Positions 9,308-17,747 of a stretch of DNA of 64,000 bases are shown one piece after another. Origin of the DNA: a bacterium. Its GTDB lineage: Bacteria > UBA8248. The stretch is from positions 3,104,001 through 3,168,000 of the forward strand of contig CBDBZU010000004.1 of assembly GCA_965213625.1 (NCBI GenBank). Reading direction: 5' to 3'. The translations under genes were made by a program, and so were the position numbers. The notes under the pieces are model-generated. The model did no database searches. It was not told the origin of the DNA and worked only from the letters and a program-made list of their open reading frames with translations. Numbering within the stretch: position 1 is the stretch's first letter; each line of letters opens with the position of its first letter.

Positions 9308-9905
9308 CAAATGCGGGGAAATGCGGGGTTCCGAAAAAGTTTTTAAATTCGATAAATTTCGATAATTATCTAATGTGATACTTTAATATATTCTGGCATT
9401 TCATTATATTTAATGAGTATTTATGGTTAGTTCGATCCATAAACATTTTCATGAATTTATCGATATTTATCGTATTCTTCAGTAAATCGAATATCAGGGA
9501 TATCGCCGAGATTGCGGCGTGTTTCACCACTCCGGTGTCTCCGGCCATATCAAACTCCATGAGCGTATCCATATATCCACTCCATATTTCTTGAAGCGCC
9601 CCTACGCGTTCATCCATCCGCTTCCATTCAACGAAACGGCAGCGAGATATGCAATCATTTTCCACGTTCACCCTCATGAAAACGGCTGCGAAAGACCTGA
9701 TTGTCTGCCGTCCCTGCCCGTATGAAACGGCTGCGAGAGACCTGATTGTCTGCCGACTCTGCCCTTATGAAACGGCTGCGAGAGAGTCGGCGCCTCCACC
9801 GGGTTCGCCCCTATGAAACCCTTCTCCTGGGGGATTCTGGCGCATACGGAAGATGACGCGATAACGGGAATTTCGGGGAAATGCGGGGTCAAACGCCAGT
9901 GAGGA
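9308..9905. repeat. Dispersed AT-rich non-coding element, copy A
   Basis: Collinear similarity to 53448-53975 (shared GGTTCCGAAAAA..., ATTTATCGATATTTATC and AAATGCGGGG blocks). Confidence 0.75.
9676..9786. repeat. 45-bp tandem repeat (~2.4 copies)
   Basis: Unit TATGAAACGGCTGCGAGAGACCTGATTGTCTGCCGACTCTGCCCT repeated head to tail with few changes. Confidence 0.9.
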
Positions 9906-9974
9906 GGGGTTGTTGGGGGGCTCTGCAAGGGGAGAATGGTTTGGCGCGATCCGTAAGGGCTTTTTCAACAGCCC
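9906..9974. mobile_element. Short MITE-like element with IS1182-like ends
   Basis: GGGGTTGTTG...TTTTTCAACAGCCC; near-identical inverted copy at 17529-17595. Confidence 0.6.
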
Positions 9975-10188
9975 TTATCAGGGTGTTTAGTGCCCCGACG
10001 AGTGGTTGCCCACCGCCGGAATGACAATGCCTCTGCTCGGTCGTTGAACAAGAATGTAGCGGGCAGGCCCCTGTGCCTGTCCGGGGCTGCGATCTGTCCT
10101 TACGGACCCACCTCCTCGGTTGGTTCCATTCGTCAAATCACGAAACCTGGACTATTTTGGGCATCCCCTCCTTGCCCGGAAATGACAC

Positions 10189-11355
10189 CTACCGCAATGG
10201 CTTTATCCGGTAAACCGCTCCCCGCTCTTCAGACAGAAACCAGAGCGTTCCGTCGGGCGCCTCGATAACGTCGCGCACGCGGCCCGTCTCGGGGAATGCG
10301 AGCCGTTCCACCTCCCGGAAACCGCCCGCCGGGTCCAGGCGCGAGATATGGTCGAATTTCAGGGAACTGACGAAGAAATGCCCGTGCCATGCCGGCCGGA
10401 GTTTTCCCGAATATATCTCCATACCGCAGGGCGCAATCGAGGGGTCCCAGTAGAAAGCAGGCTGCTCCATGCCCTCTTTCGCCACGCCCACGCCGATTTT
10501 CCCGCCCCAGTAGTGCCGTCCGTAGGAGATGACAGGCCACCCGTAGTTGGCACCCTTCCTCACCCGGTTTATCTCATCCCCGCCCCGCGCGCCGTGTTCG
10601 ACGGCCCAGAGCGCGCCGTTCGCGTCGAGCGCAGCGCCTTGGGGGTTCCTGTGGCCCAGGCTCCATATCTCGGGCCGCGCCCCCGCCCGTCCCACGAAGG
10701 GATTGTCCGGCGGTACGCTCCCGTCGCGCCGGATACGGATTATCTTGCCGTGGTGTAAGGAGAGGTCCTGCGACGTTTCGGGCTCTCCCCGCTCGCCCAG
10801 CGTGAGAAAGAGCGTGCCGTCCCCCGCCTCCACGACCCGCGAGCCGAAATGCCGGCCCCCTCGTGAGGGAGACGCCATCTCGAAAATGACGCGCACTTTC
10901 TCGAGCTTTCGGTTGTCAGATGAAAGGGCTGCGACGGCGAGCGCCGTACCTCCCCCGCCTCGAGCGTGACGTTTCGAATAGGTGAGAAAAATCTCGCGGG
11001 TTTCGGGGAAATCCCGCGCGGCGGCGACGTCCATCAGCCCGCCCTGCCCCCAGGCATAGACTCTCGGGACGCCCGAAACCTTCGTCCTCCGGCGTTTGGG
11101 GTCGAAGTGAAACAGCGCGCCTTCGCGCTCGGTGACGAGGAACGCCCCGCCCGGCAGGAACGCCAGCCCCCAGGGCGTATCGAGGTCCCCCACCACCTTC
11201 TCGACCGATACAGGGCCGCTCATTGTCTGACGCACCGCCGCCGACACCGGCGCGGCGCAGAGCGCGGTGAGCAGCAAAACGAGGAGCCACGGCAGAGCCG
11301 CCCGACGCCTCCTCGACCCGATGGCAAGCATTGCATCCATCCATAAAATTTTCAT
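10189..11355 (-). CDS. PQQ-dependent sugar dehydrogenase (GSDH/YliI family)
   Basis: PWGLAFLP, GQGGLMDV, HFGSR, PEIWSLGHRNPQG, EHGARGGDEIN, NYGWP, GRVRDV; signal peptide. Confidence 0.93.
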   Translation of the reverse strand: MKILWMDAMLAIGSRRRRAALPWLLVLLLTALCAAPVSAAVRQTMSGPVSVEKVVGDLDTPWGLAFLPGGAFLVTEREGALFHFDPKRRRTKVSGVPRVYAWGQGGLMDVAAARDFPETREIFLTYSKRHARGGGGTALAVAALSSDNRKLEKVRVIFEMASPSRGGRHFGSRVVEAGDGTLFLTLGERGEPETSQDLSLHHGKIIRIRRDGSVPPDNPFVGRAGARPEIWSLGHRNPQGAALDANGALWAVEHGARGGDEINRVRKGANYGWPVISYGRHYWGGKIGVGVAKEGMEQPAFYWDPSIAPCGMEIYSGKLRPAWHGHFFVSSLKFDHISRLDPAGGFREVERLAFPETGRVRDVIEAPDGTLWFLSEERGAVYRIKPLR

Positions 11356-11524
11356 GTTCTCCCTCCCGGCGGCTTCGGGCTGATTCTAACGCGAGAGAAA
11401 GGCGTGGGCTAGTGATTAAGTCATAGGATGGAATGGTAGTTGAAAAACCCTGCCCTGGGAGCAGGCGCAATTGACGCTCCCTCATCGGTCGCATCAAACC
11501 CTCGTCTTGCATGCCGCCATATTG

Positions 11525-11845
11525 GCCTCACCCTGAGTAGCTGCCAAAGGCGGCGTATCGAAGGGCGCTCCCGATGCGCCCCTGCTCTCCCTCGATACGG
11601 AGCGTAAGCGCGCCTACTCGGGATGAGGGAAGGGTGTCGCCGCGGGTCAAACGTGAGTGAGAAGCGGGAATTGTCTATTGACTAAGGAGGAGGTGAGCTT
11701 CCGTAGGGACAGGTCGCGACCTGTCCGCCGCTTTTACTCGTCACTCCAGCATTCGCCGGAATGACGGCATTTTCGTGATTTTCGCCCGGTGAGGAGGGGT
11801 TTGTGGTTTTGTAGCCGGACAGGCGCAGGAGCCTATCCGGGGACC
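11525..11845. repeat. REP-like palindrome cluster
   Basis: CTCACCCTGAGTAGC...GCGTATCGAAGGG, CCCTCGATACG...CTACTCGGGATGAG, GTAGGGACAGGTCGCGACCTGTCC, GTCACTCCAGCATTCGCCGGAATGAC; each recurs elsewhere in the window. Confidence 0.85.
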
Positions 11846-11963
11846 TATGTGTCCGCCCGCTTTGCATTCTCCCCTATTCAAAACTTCCCACATCTCGCCA
11901 TTAAGCGAAACTTATGCGATAATGAACTGGCCCGCCCGTGTTACCCACGAGGATAGCAATAGA

Positions 11964-12938
11964 ATGAACGCACGAGGTCAAGACCCAACCGAAACGCCCC
12001 GCGACCCGAATAATCTCTCTTTCTCCCAAGCCAATGGGTACGAGGATATTCCTGGACCACTGAAGCTGGAAGAACTGCCCGAGGAGGCGAGAACACATAT
12101 ATGGAATGTTTTTTATAAAAGCCTTGACCAATCCGTTAATCGCGACATCATGGGGTATCCTTATCTTATTAATCCTTGGCGAGACATGATGAATGCGGTG
12201 TATGGTGACTACTTCGGTCTCCCATTACATGAATGGGGTGCACTCCTAGAAAAAGTTGCTTCTCGATTCAACAAGATACATTTCAACGAGAGGACAAGAG
12301 GTGGGGAAGGCCAGTATATAGGCGAAATTGCTTCTAAACTCATAGAACATATAAAAATGCAGCCTTTCAACCAGATATTTGATTTAGTTCATTTCGTAAT
12401 GCGCCAACCGGAATGCCCATCTGACTTCATTTCTAACATGAAACGAGCTTTCACCCAATCCAGATTGGCCTACACCATAAATATCGAACCCAAACCAACC
12501 ATCTTCCCAACTGCTACAAAGAATGAGGGGGAAGCCCTAATCGAATCGTTAGAAACACTTCGAAGGGCCGGTTTGAGTGGTGGCGAGGCGCATCTGCGAA
12601 AGGCTTCAGATTGCATCAACCAAGGAGACTGGGCGGAGAGTATCAAGGAGAGCATTCACGCCGTCGAATCTGTGGCGCGGATAATCGATCCGAACGCCTC
12701 CCAAACTCTTAGGCCGACACTATTGTCTATCGAGAAACATGGAGAGCTTCATCCCGCGCTCAAGGACGCCTTTATCAAACTTTATGGATACGCTTCTGAT
12801 GAGCAAGGGATTCGCCATGCGCTGCTCAACGGCGATGGGGCCAATGTGGGCATGGATGAGGCGCTCTTCATGCTCGGCGCGTGCGCATCCTTCGCCAGCT
12901 ACCTTTGGCGCAAACATCAGACGAATTCGGGCGCCTAA
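11964..12938 (+). CDS. AbiJ-like protein (AbiJ-NTD4-type N-terminus, HEPN-like C-terminus); putative phage defence
   Basis: N-terminal SFSQ..GY......L.LEEL..E.R..IWN and C-terminal SIKESIHAVES...LHPALKDAFIKLYGYASDEQGIRHAL...ALFMLGACASFASYL, recognised from family memory. Confidence 0.65.
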   Translation: MNARGQDPTETPRDPNNLSFSQANGYEDIPGPLKLEELPEEARTHIWNVFYKSLDQSVNRDIMGYPYLINPWRDMMNAVYGDYFGLPLHEWGALLEKVASRFNKIHFNERTRGGEGQYIGEIASKLIEHIKMQPFNQIFDLVHFVMRQPECPSDFISNMKRAFTQSRLAYTINIEPKPTIFPTATKNEGEALIESLETLRRAGLSGGEAHLRKASDCINQGDWAESIKESIHAVESVARIIDPNASQTLRPTLLSIEKHGELHPALKDAFIKLYGYASDEQGIRHALLNGDGANVGMDEALFMLGACASFASYLWRKHQTNSGA

Positions 12939-13051
12939 GGGAGTGGGCTGTTCTAAGGAAGGAACGGAATGACGACAATCTTCGAAATAGATCTATGGGA
13001 ATCCTGCTTAATTCAATCACTTGCACTATCGGTACGTTGTCTTCGTGACAT

Positions 13052-14062
13052 TCATTTTTTCGACTTCACTCGACTTGATTTACGATAGTTCTTGTAGTCA
13101 CGAAGTGCTTCCTCAAGTTGATTTGCGGTTAGGCGTTTTATAAATACCACCATGTCATTTGAATAGCGTGTCAATACTCCTTCCGAAGCTTGCCAACAAA
13201 ATTGCGATTGTTTTTTGATATCATACTTCCAGATGATGGCTTGGAAGACATGGCTGGTAAATTGATCACCATGAAGTGTGGGTATTTTTTGAAGAATTTC
13301 AGTTTGCCTTAAAGGATGCGATTTATTGGGATCTTGTTTACGTTCAATTGCAAGTTGCTCTTCTGATTCTGTGCCTTTTTCGACTCCTACAACAACATCT
13401 GCTTCACCAATTTTCTTTACTGATTCGAGTTTAACTTTAAAAATAGTCAATAGGCGACCCGTATCTTCATCAGCACCTTTTAGTTCTTCCGTCGTTCTAG
13501 CTAATTCAGATAAAAACTGACGAACAGGAGTCGTCATTTTTACGTTAGATTTACCAGATAGATAGGAAACAGGATCAATAGGTGGACTGATTCCGATAGG
13601 CAAGACTTCCCAATTTATATCGTCTTCCAACCTAACCCCAAAGGAAGCCTGCAGAAAATCCCGGAAGTTCTTAATTGATGTTTGTGCCAGTGCATACAAA
13701 ACAACACCGAAATTCTTGTCATTGTAAAAATGAATCACGTTGTTTCGATAGTTTCCAAGTGCTTCAAGATTACGTTGAACAGGCAACCGGGCAATTGAAG
13801 TGGGGAATAGAGATTCAGCCTTTGGCAACGCATCTCGCCAGGATAGGGTCTGATACGGCTTATACCTTTCTTTTGGATAGTAAATAGATTTTTTATTCTT
13901 CGAAAGTAAGGCTTTCAAAGCAAGTTCCCAAGCGTTTAACAACAGAATGACCGCACATTCGTCTCGATATTCAAATGTCGGTTTGTTGTAGATTTCGATT
14001 GCCGCTATCATCGCAGACTTGGCGTTTCCTAACAGTTTTGTGTATGAGCCTTGATAATTCAT
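13052..14062 (-). CDS. DUF3644 domain protein (HEPN-like)
   Basis: AKSAMIAAIEIYNKP.F.YR.E....LL.NAWEL.LKA signature; RNNVIH matches the HEPN Rx4H motif; AT-rich codon usage. Confidence 0.75.
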   Translation of the reverse strand: MNYQGSYTKLLGNAKSAMIAAIEIYNKPTFEYRDECAVILLLNAWELALKALLSKNKKSIYYPKERYKPYQTLSWRDALPKAESLFPTSIARLPVQRNLEALGNYRNNVIHFYNDKNFGVVLYALAQTSIKNFRDFLQASFGVRLEDDINWEVLPIGISPPIDPVSYLSGKSNVKMTTPVRQFLSELARTTEELKGADEDTGRLLTIFKVKLESVKKIGEADVVVGVEKGTESEEQLAIERKQDPNKSHPLRQTEILQKIPTLHGDQFTSHVFQAIIWKYDIKKQSQFCWQASEGVLTRYSNDMVVFIKRLTANQLEEALRDYKNYRKSSRVKSKK

Positions 14063-14186
14063 CGAACTAATACGCCTCCCAACAAACAGGGCGGACACGA
14101 AGGTCCGCCCCTACTTCACCAAATTCAAACTTATCAAAACGGCTACACGAATCTCGTTACCTTACCTTCCCCGCCCCTATTAATAC

Positions 14187-14498
14187 CTACGCAGTAGCCT
14201 CTTCCCTCAGCGGCTTCGTATACGCAATCGCCGCCACATCGAAGTATTCCAGGCTCGCGTTGTTCGCTCGGCGGAAGCTGCGCTGTTTCTCGGAGTTGAA
14301 CCAGGCGTCGGCGGTGGCCTTGTCCTCGAAGTGGTAGACCGACGCCATGCGCCCCGTCTCCTCGTTCATGCCCCAGGTCTTGTCGATGAGGCCGGGCACC
14401 TCGTTCTCGAAAAAAGCGGCGGCCTGTTCCTTGTCCGCACGGACCTCGGCGAGCGTGGGCGCGACGGCGGGATAGTGTAGAATGACCATCATCATCAT
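14187..14498 (-). CDS. YdhR-like dimeric alpha-beta barrel protein (putative monooxygenase)
   Basis: PGLIDKTWGMNEETG...SVYHFED...ADAW pattern; AGGAGG RBS. Confidence 0.65.
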   Translation of the reverse strand: MMMMVILHYPAVAPTLAEVRADKEQAAAFFENEVPGLIDKTWGMNEETGRMASVYHFEDKATADAWFNSEKQRSFRRANNASLEYFDVAAIAYTKPLREEATA

Positions 14499-14674
14499 TA
14501 AGTCCTCCTGGCTGTCTGGATTGGCTGATGCGTTTATCGTGCTTCACATGATTTGCCGGAAATGATAGCCCAGGGCGGCGAATCCGCCAAACGCCCAGGT
14601 GCGGCCGACAGGCGCGGGAGCACCAGTAATTTCAGCGAGTGATAAAATTTTATCCGAAAAAGGAGTGTGACCAG

Positions 14675-15622
14675 ATGACCGAGGCGGCGTTTCAGGAGAT
14701 TTACGAACGGGCGCAGGTAAACGTGGAAAAAATGGGAGCTGGCAATCCATACGACATCCTGGGGCCCGACCTGCCCGGAACCGAGACGGCGCTCATGGGT
14801 TACGAGCGCTTCGGCCTTAAAATGCGCCTCATGCTCACCGATTCCGCAAACACCGAATTCGACTTTCTCGGCAAGAAGCTGAAAACCCCCATCATGACAG
14901 GCTCGATGAGCGCGAACACGCTCGCGGCCCACTGGGGGGATGGTTTTTTACAAGTCGCTGAGGGCGCTGCGCGTTTCGGCACGCAGTACTGGATAGGCGA
15001 CTGCACGGACGACACCTGGCGCGAGGCGGCCGCCGCCTACCCCTCCTCCATCCGGGTCGTAAAGCCTTGGCGGGACAGGCAGCGTACGCTTACGTCCTTG
15101 AAAGTGGCGGAAGACACCGGCGCTTTCGCCGTCGGCATGGATTTCGAGTCCGGCTTTTATAACCCCGAATGCGAACCCCAGAGAGCGGACGCGCTCGAGG
15201 GCTACGTGAAAGCCACCGGGCTTCCCTTCGTGTTTAAGGCGGTGGGCTCTGCCGATACCGCGCGCATCGCGCGAGACGCGGGCGCCGCGGCCATCATCGT
15301 CACCACGCACGGGGGCGCGCACGGACCTTCCTGGGGCCATCCCATGGAAATCCTGCCCGAGATCGTGGACGCGGTGGGGGACGACGTTCTCGTGCTGGCC
15401 GAAAGCGGCGTCAGGCGCGGAGACGACGTGCTGAAATTACTCGCCCAGGGGGCCAAGGGCGTCACCTCGGGCCGCGCGCTCGTGCTCGGCCTTTTCGCGG
15501 GCGGCCCCGCCGGCGTGGTAGAAATGCTCGAACTCCTGCAGGCGGAGCTCGAGAAATCCATGGTCCTCGCGGGCTGCAAGGATTTGGCCTCGATTTCGGG
15601 TGATATTTTGATTGAGAGGTAG
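14675..15622 (+). CDS. FMN-dependent alpha-hydroxy-acid oxidase family protein (divergent)
   Basis: FLGKKLKTPIM, LPFVFK, IIVTTHGG, ESGVRRGDDVLKLLAQGA, SMVLAGC. Confidence 0.8.
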   Translation: MTEAAFQEIYERAQVNVEKMGAGNPYDILGPDLPGTETALMGYERFGLKMRLMLTDSANTEFDFLGKKLKTPIMTGSMSANTLAAHWGDGFLQVAEGAARFGTQYWIGDCTDDTWREAAAAYPSSIRVVKPWRDRQRTLTSLKVAEDTGAFAVGMDFESGFYNPECEPQRADALEGYVKATGLPFVFKAVGSADTARIARDAGAAAIIVTTHGGAHGPSWGHPMEILPEIVDAVGDDVLVLAESGVRRGDDVLKLLAQGAKGVTSGRALVLGLFAGGPAGVVEMLELLQAELEKSMVLAGCKDLASISGDILIER

Positions 15623-15640
15623 AGGAAAAAGTCATGGAAC

Positions 15641-16212
15641 CGTAGGGACAGGCCTCCGTGCCTGTCCTCGCGCGTCGGTCAACGAAGCCCCCACGAGTAC
15701 CTTTGCCAATCGACACGAATGTAGATTCACTCCCCCCTTGAGGGGGAGTCGACGAGATAAGGGCGAAGCCCGCAAGCGAGTCGGTGGGGGGAGCTTTAAT
15801 TTTAGAATCGTCCCCCCACCGATTCAGCCTTCGCATAAATCGCTCGGCTTCTTCGACTCCCCCTCAAGGGGGGAGTGGTTTTCTTCTCTCGTCTGCTCTG
15901 GATTCCGGCATTCGCCGGAATGACGGGCACCTGGCATTCGGAACCCGTAGAGACAGGCCCCTGTGCCTGTCCAGATCGTGGCCGCCCTGAAAAAGGACAA
16001 CCACGAGGGGCAGGACAACCCCGAGGAGGGGTTGCCCCTATCACCTCACAGATTCCGATCCCGTAGGGACAGGTCGCGACCTGTCCCTACTCAGAAAACC
16101 AAACATCTCTTCACCGGGTTGAATCGATTGTAGGGGTCGCATATATGCGACCCGTCGTCGGTAGGCGAAAAGGCAGGGTCGCGTATACGTCGGACATATA
16201 TGTCCGACCTAC
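15641..16212. repeat. Dense REP-like palindrome cluster (three families)
   Basis: Several GTAG-led hairpins (e.g. GTAGGGACAGGTCGCGACCTGTCCCTAC at ~16063-16090), inverted pair of CTCCCCCCTTGAGGGGGAGTCG, and TGGATTCCGGCATTCGCCGGAATGAC. Confidence 0.9.
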
Positions 16213-16231
16213 ACACGGGAACGACACCCCC

Positions 16232-17323
16232 TCACACCGCATCCGGCAACAACGGCAGCAGGTACTTCCCGAAATTACGCGCCTCATCATCATGCGGCCA
16301 GCCGGAGAGGATGAACGTGGTGGCTCCTAAGTCGATGTATTCGCGCATGGCTTCCGCCACCACCTCGGGGCTGCCCACGAGCATGGTGCCCGCCCCCTGG
16401 CGTACGAGGTTGATGCCCGAGAACAGCGCAGGGCCATGCCAGAGCTTGCCCTCCGCCGTCATGGCATTCATGCGCTGCTGGGAAACGGATTCCACTTGGC
16501 CCCCCACCTCGCCTGTGACCGATGAACTCTCTCCGTAGGACGCCGTGCCCGCGATGATGGACTCGGCCTCTTCCTTGGCCTGCGCGTCGTCCTCGCGCAC
16601 GAGGATGTGGAAGCGCACGCCTAATCTTAAATCCCGGCCGTGCTCCTCGCGCGCCATTTTTTTGACTTCCTCGTATTCCTCGGCGATCTGCCAGGGAGGT
16701 TCCCCCCATTTCAGGAAAACGTCGGCGTGCTTAGCGATGACCTTTTTCGCCGCGGGCGAGCTTCCCCCGAAATAAAGGGGCGGCCCTCCCGGTCGCGCGG
16801 GGCCGGGGAAGACGAAGCCGTCCTCCACCTGATAGTGCACGCCCTTGTAGTTGACCCTGGCGTCCTCATCCGCCCAGAACGCGCGCACGATGTCCAGAAA
16901 CTCATCGGCCCGCTCGTAGCGTCCGTCGTGACCCGCCCAGTCCCCGTAGCGCCTTGCGTCCACGGATGATCCGCCGGGAACCACGTTCACCGTCAGCCTC
17001 CCGCCCGAGATGAAGTCGAGCGTATTAGCCTGCTGCACGGCGAAAGTCGGCGTGGTGAGGCCGGGCCGGATGGCGACACAGAATTTGATGCTGCTGGTTT
17101 CACGGGCGATCGCGGAGGCCAGGAGCCAGCCGTCCGAGCACGAGGTGTTGCACGGGATGAGCATGTTCGTGAGACCGCTCTCCTCCGCCGTCTTCGCGAC
17201 GTGAACGAGATAGTCGATCTCGGGCGGTATCTCCACCTCCCCCGTGCCGAGACGGGTGGCGTCCCCCCGTTTGTTCGAGGGCAGATACCAGGCGTATTCG
17301 ATGGGTTTCTTGCCGTTTTCCAT
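16232..17323 (-). CDS. LLM-class FMNH2-dependent monooxygenase, SsuD/MsuD-like
   Basis: AIRPGL..PT....QANTLD.ISGGRL.VNVV.G, HDGRYERADEFL, PPLYFGGSS, LKWGEP, GAGTMLVGSP, FILSG.PH. Confidence 0.88.
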   Translation of the reverse strand: MENGKKPIEYAWYLPSNKRGDATRLGTGEVEIPPEIDYLVHVAKTAEESGLTNMLIPCNTSCSDGWLLASAIARETSSIKFCVAIRPGLTTPTFAVQQANTLDFISGGRLTVNVVPGGSSVDARRYGDWAGHDGRYERADEFLDIVRAFWADEDARVNYKGVHYQVEDGFVFPGPARPGGPPLYFGGSSPAAKKVIAKHADVFLKWGEPPWQIAEEYEEVKKMAREEHGRDLRLGVRFHILVREDDAQAKEEAESIIAGTASYGESSSVTGEVGGQVESVSQQRMNAMTAEGKLWHGPALFSGINLVRQGAGTMLVGSPEVVAEAMREYIDLGATTFILSGWPHDDEARNFGKYLLPLLPDAV

Positions 17324-17528
17324 TTCGTATGCGTCCCTTTATTACGTGTTTCATTTTCTCAAAACTGAACTTTTCCTGTCGCGGCCAAGTGTGCGAAAAA
17401 AAACGCCCCGCCCGCAAGGGGGTTATTGAAAAAATCCTGATAAATGAAGGTACGGTGTAACCAACGAGAGGGAAAACCATTCCCCCGTGAGGGTCGGGCT
17501 TCCCGATGAGAAGATGCCCGACCCTCAC

Positions 17529-17746
17529 GGGGCTGTTGAAATAGCCCTTACGGATCGCGCCAAACCATTCTCCCCTTGTAGAACCCCCAACAACCACTCC
17601 CCCCTTGAGGGGGAGTCGAAGAGCTGAGGGCGTAAGCCCGAAAGCGATTCGGTGGGGGGTATAACTCGGAGTGGCGATAAAACGCGATTCACCCCCCACC
17701 GAATCGGCCTTCGCATAAACCGCTCGGCCTCTTTGACTCCCCCTCA
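17529..17746. repeat. MITE-like copy plus CTCCCCCCTTGAGGGGGAG REP pair
   Basis: 17529-17595 is the reverse complement of 9906-9974; the REP pair resembles 15730-15880 and its second member is split by the IS. Confidence 0.8.
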
Positions 17747-17747
17747 T

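Noticed and set aside
9366-9677. Small ORFs in the AT-rich elements (also 53532-54041) sharing INIDK
   Set aside because: The shared peptide reflects only the conserved DNA boxes; starts, lengths and remaining sequence do not correspond.
9676-9786. Possible CRISPR array
   Set aside because: Units are contiguous near-identical 45-mers with no unique spacers, and no cas genes are present.
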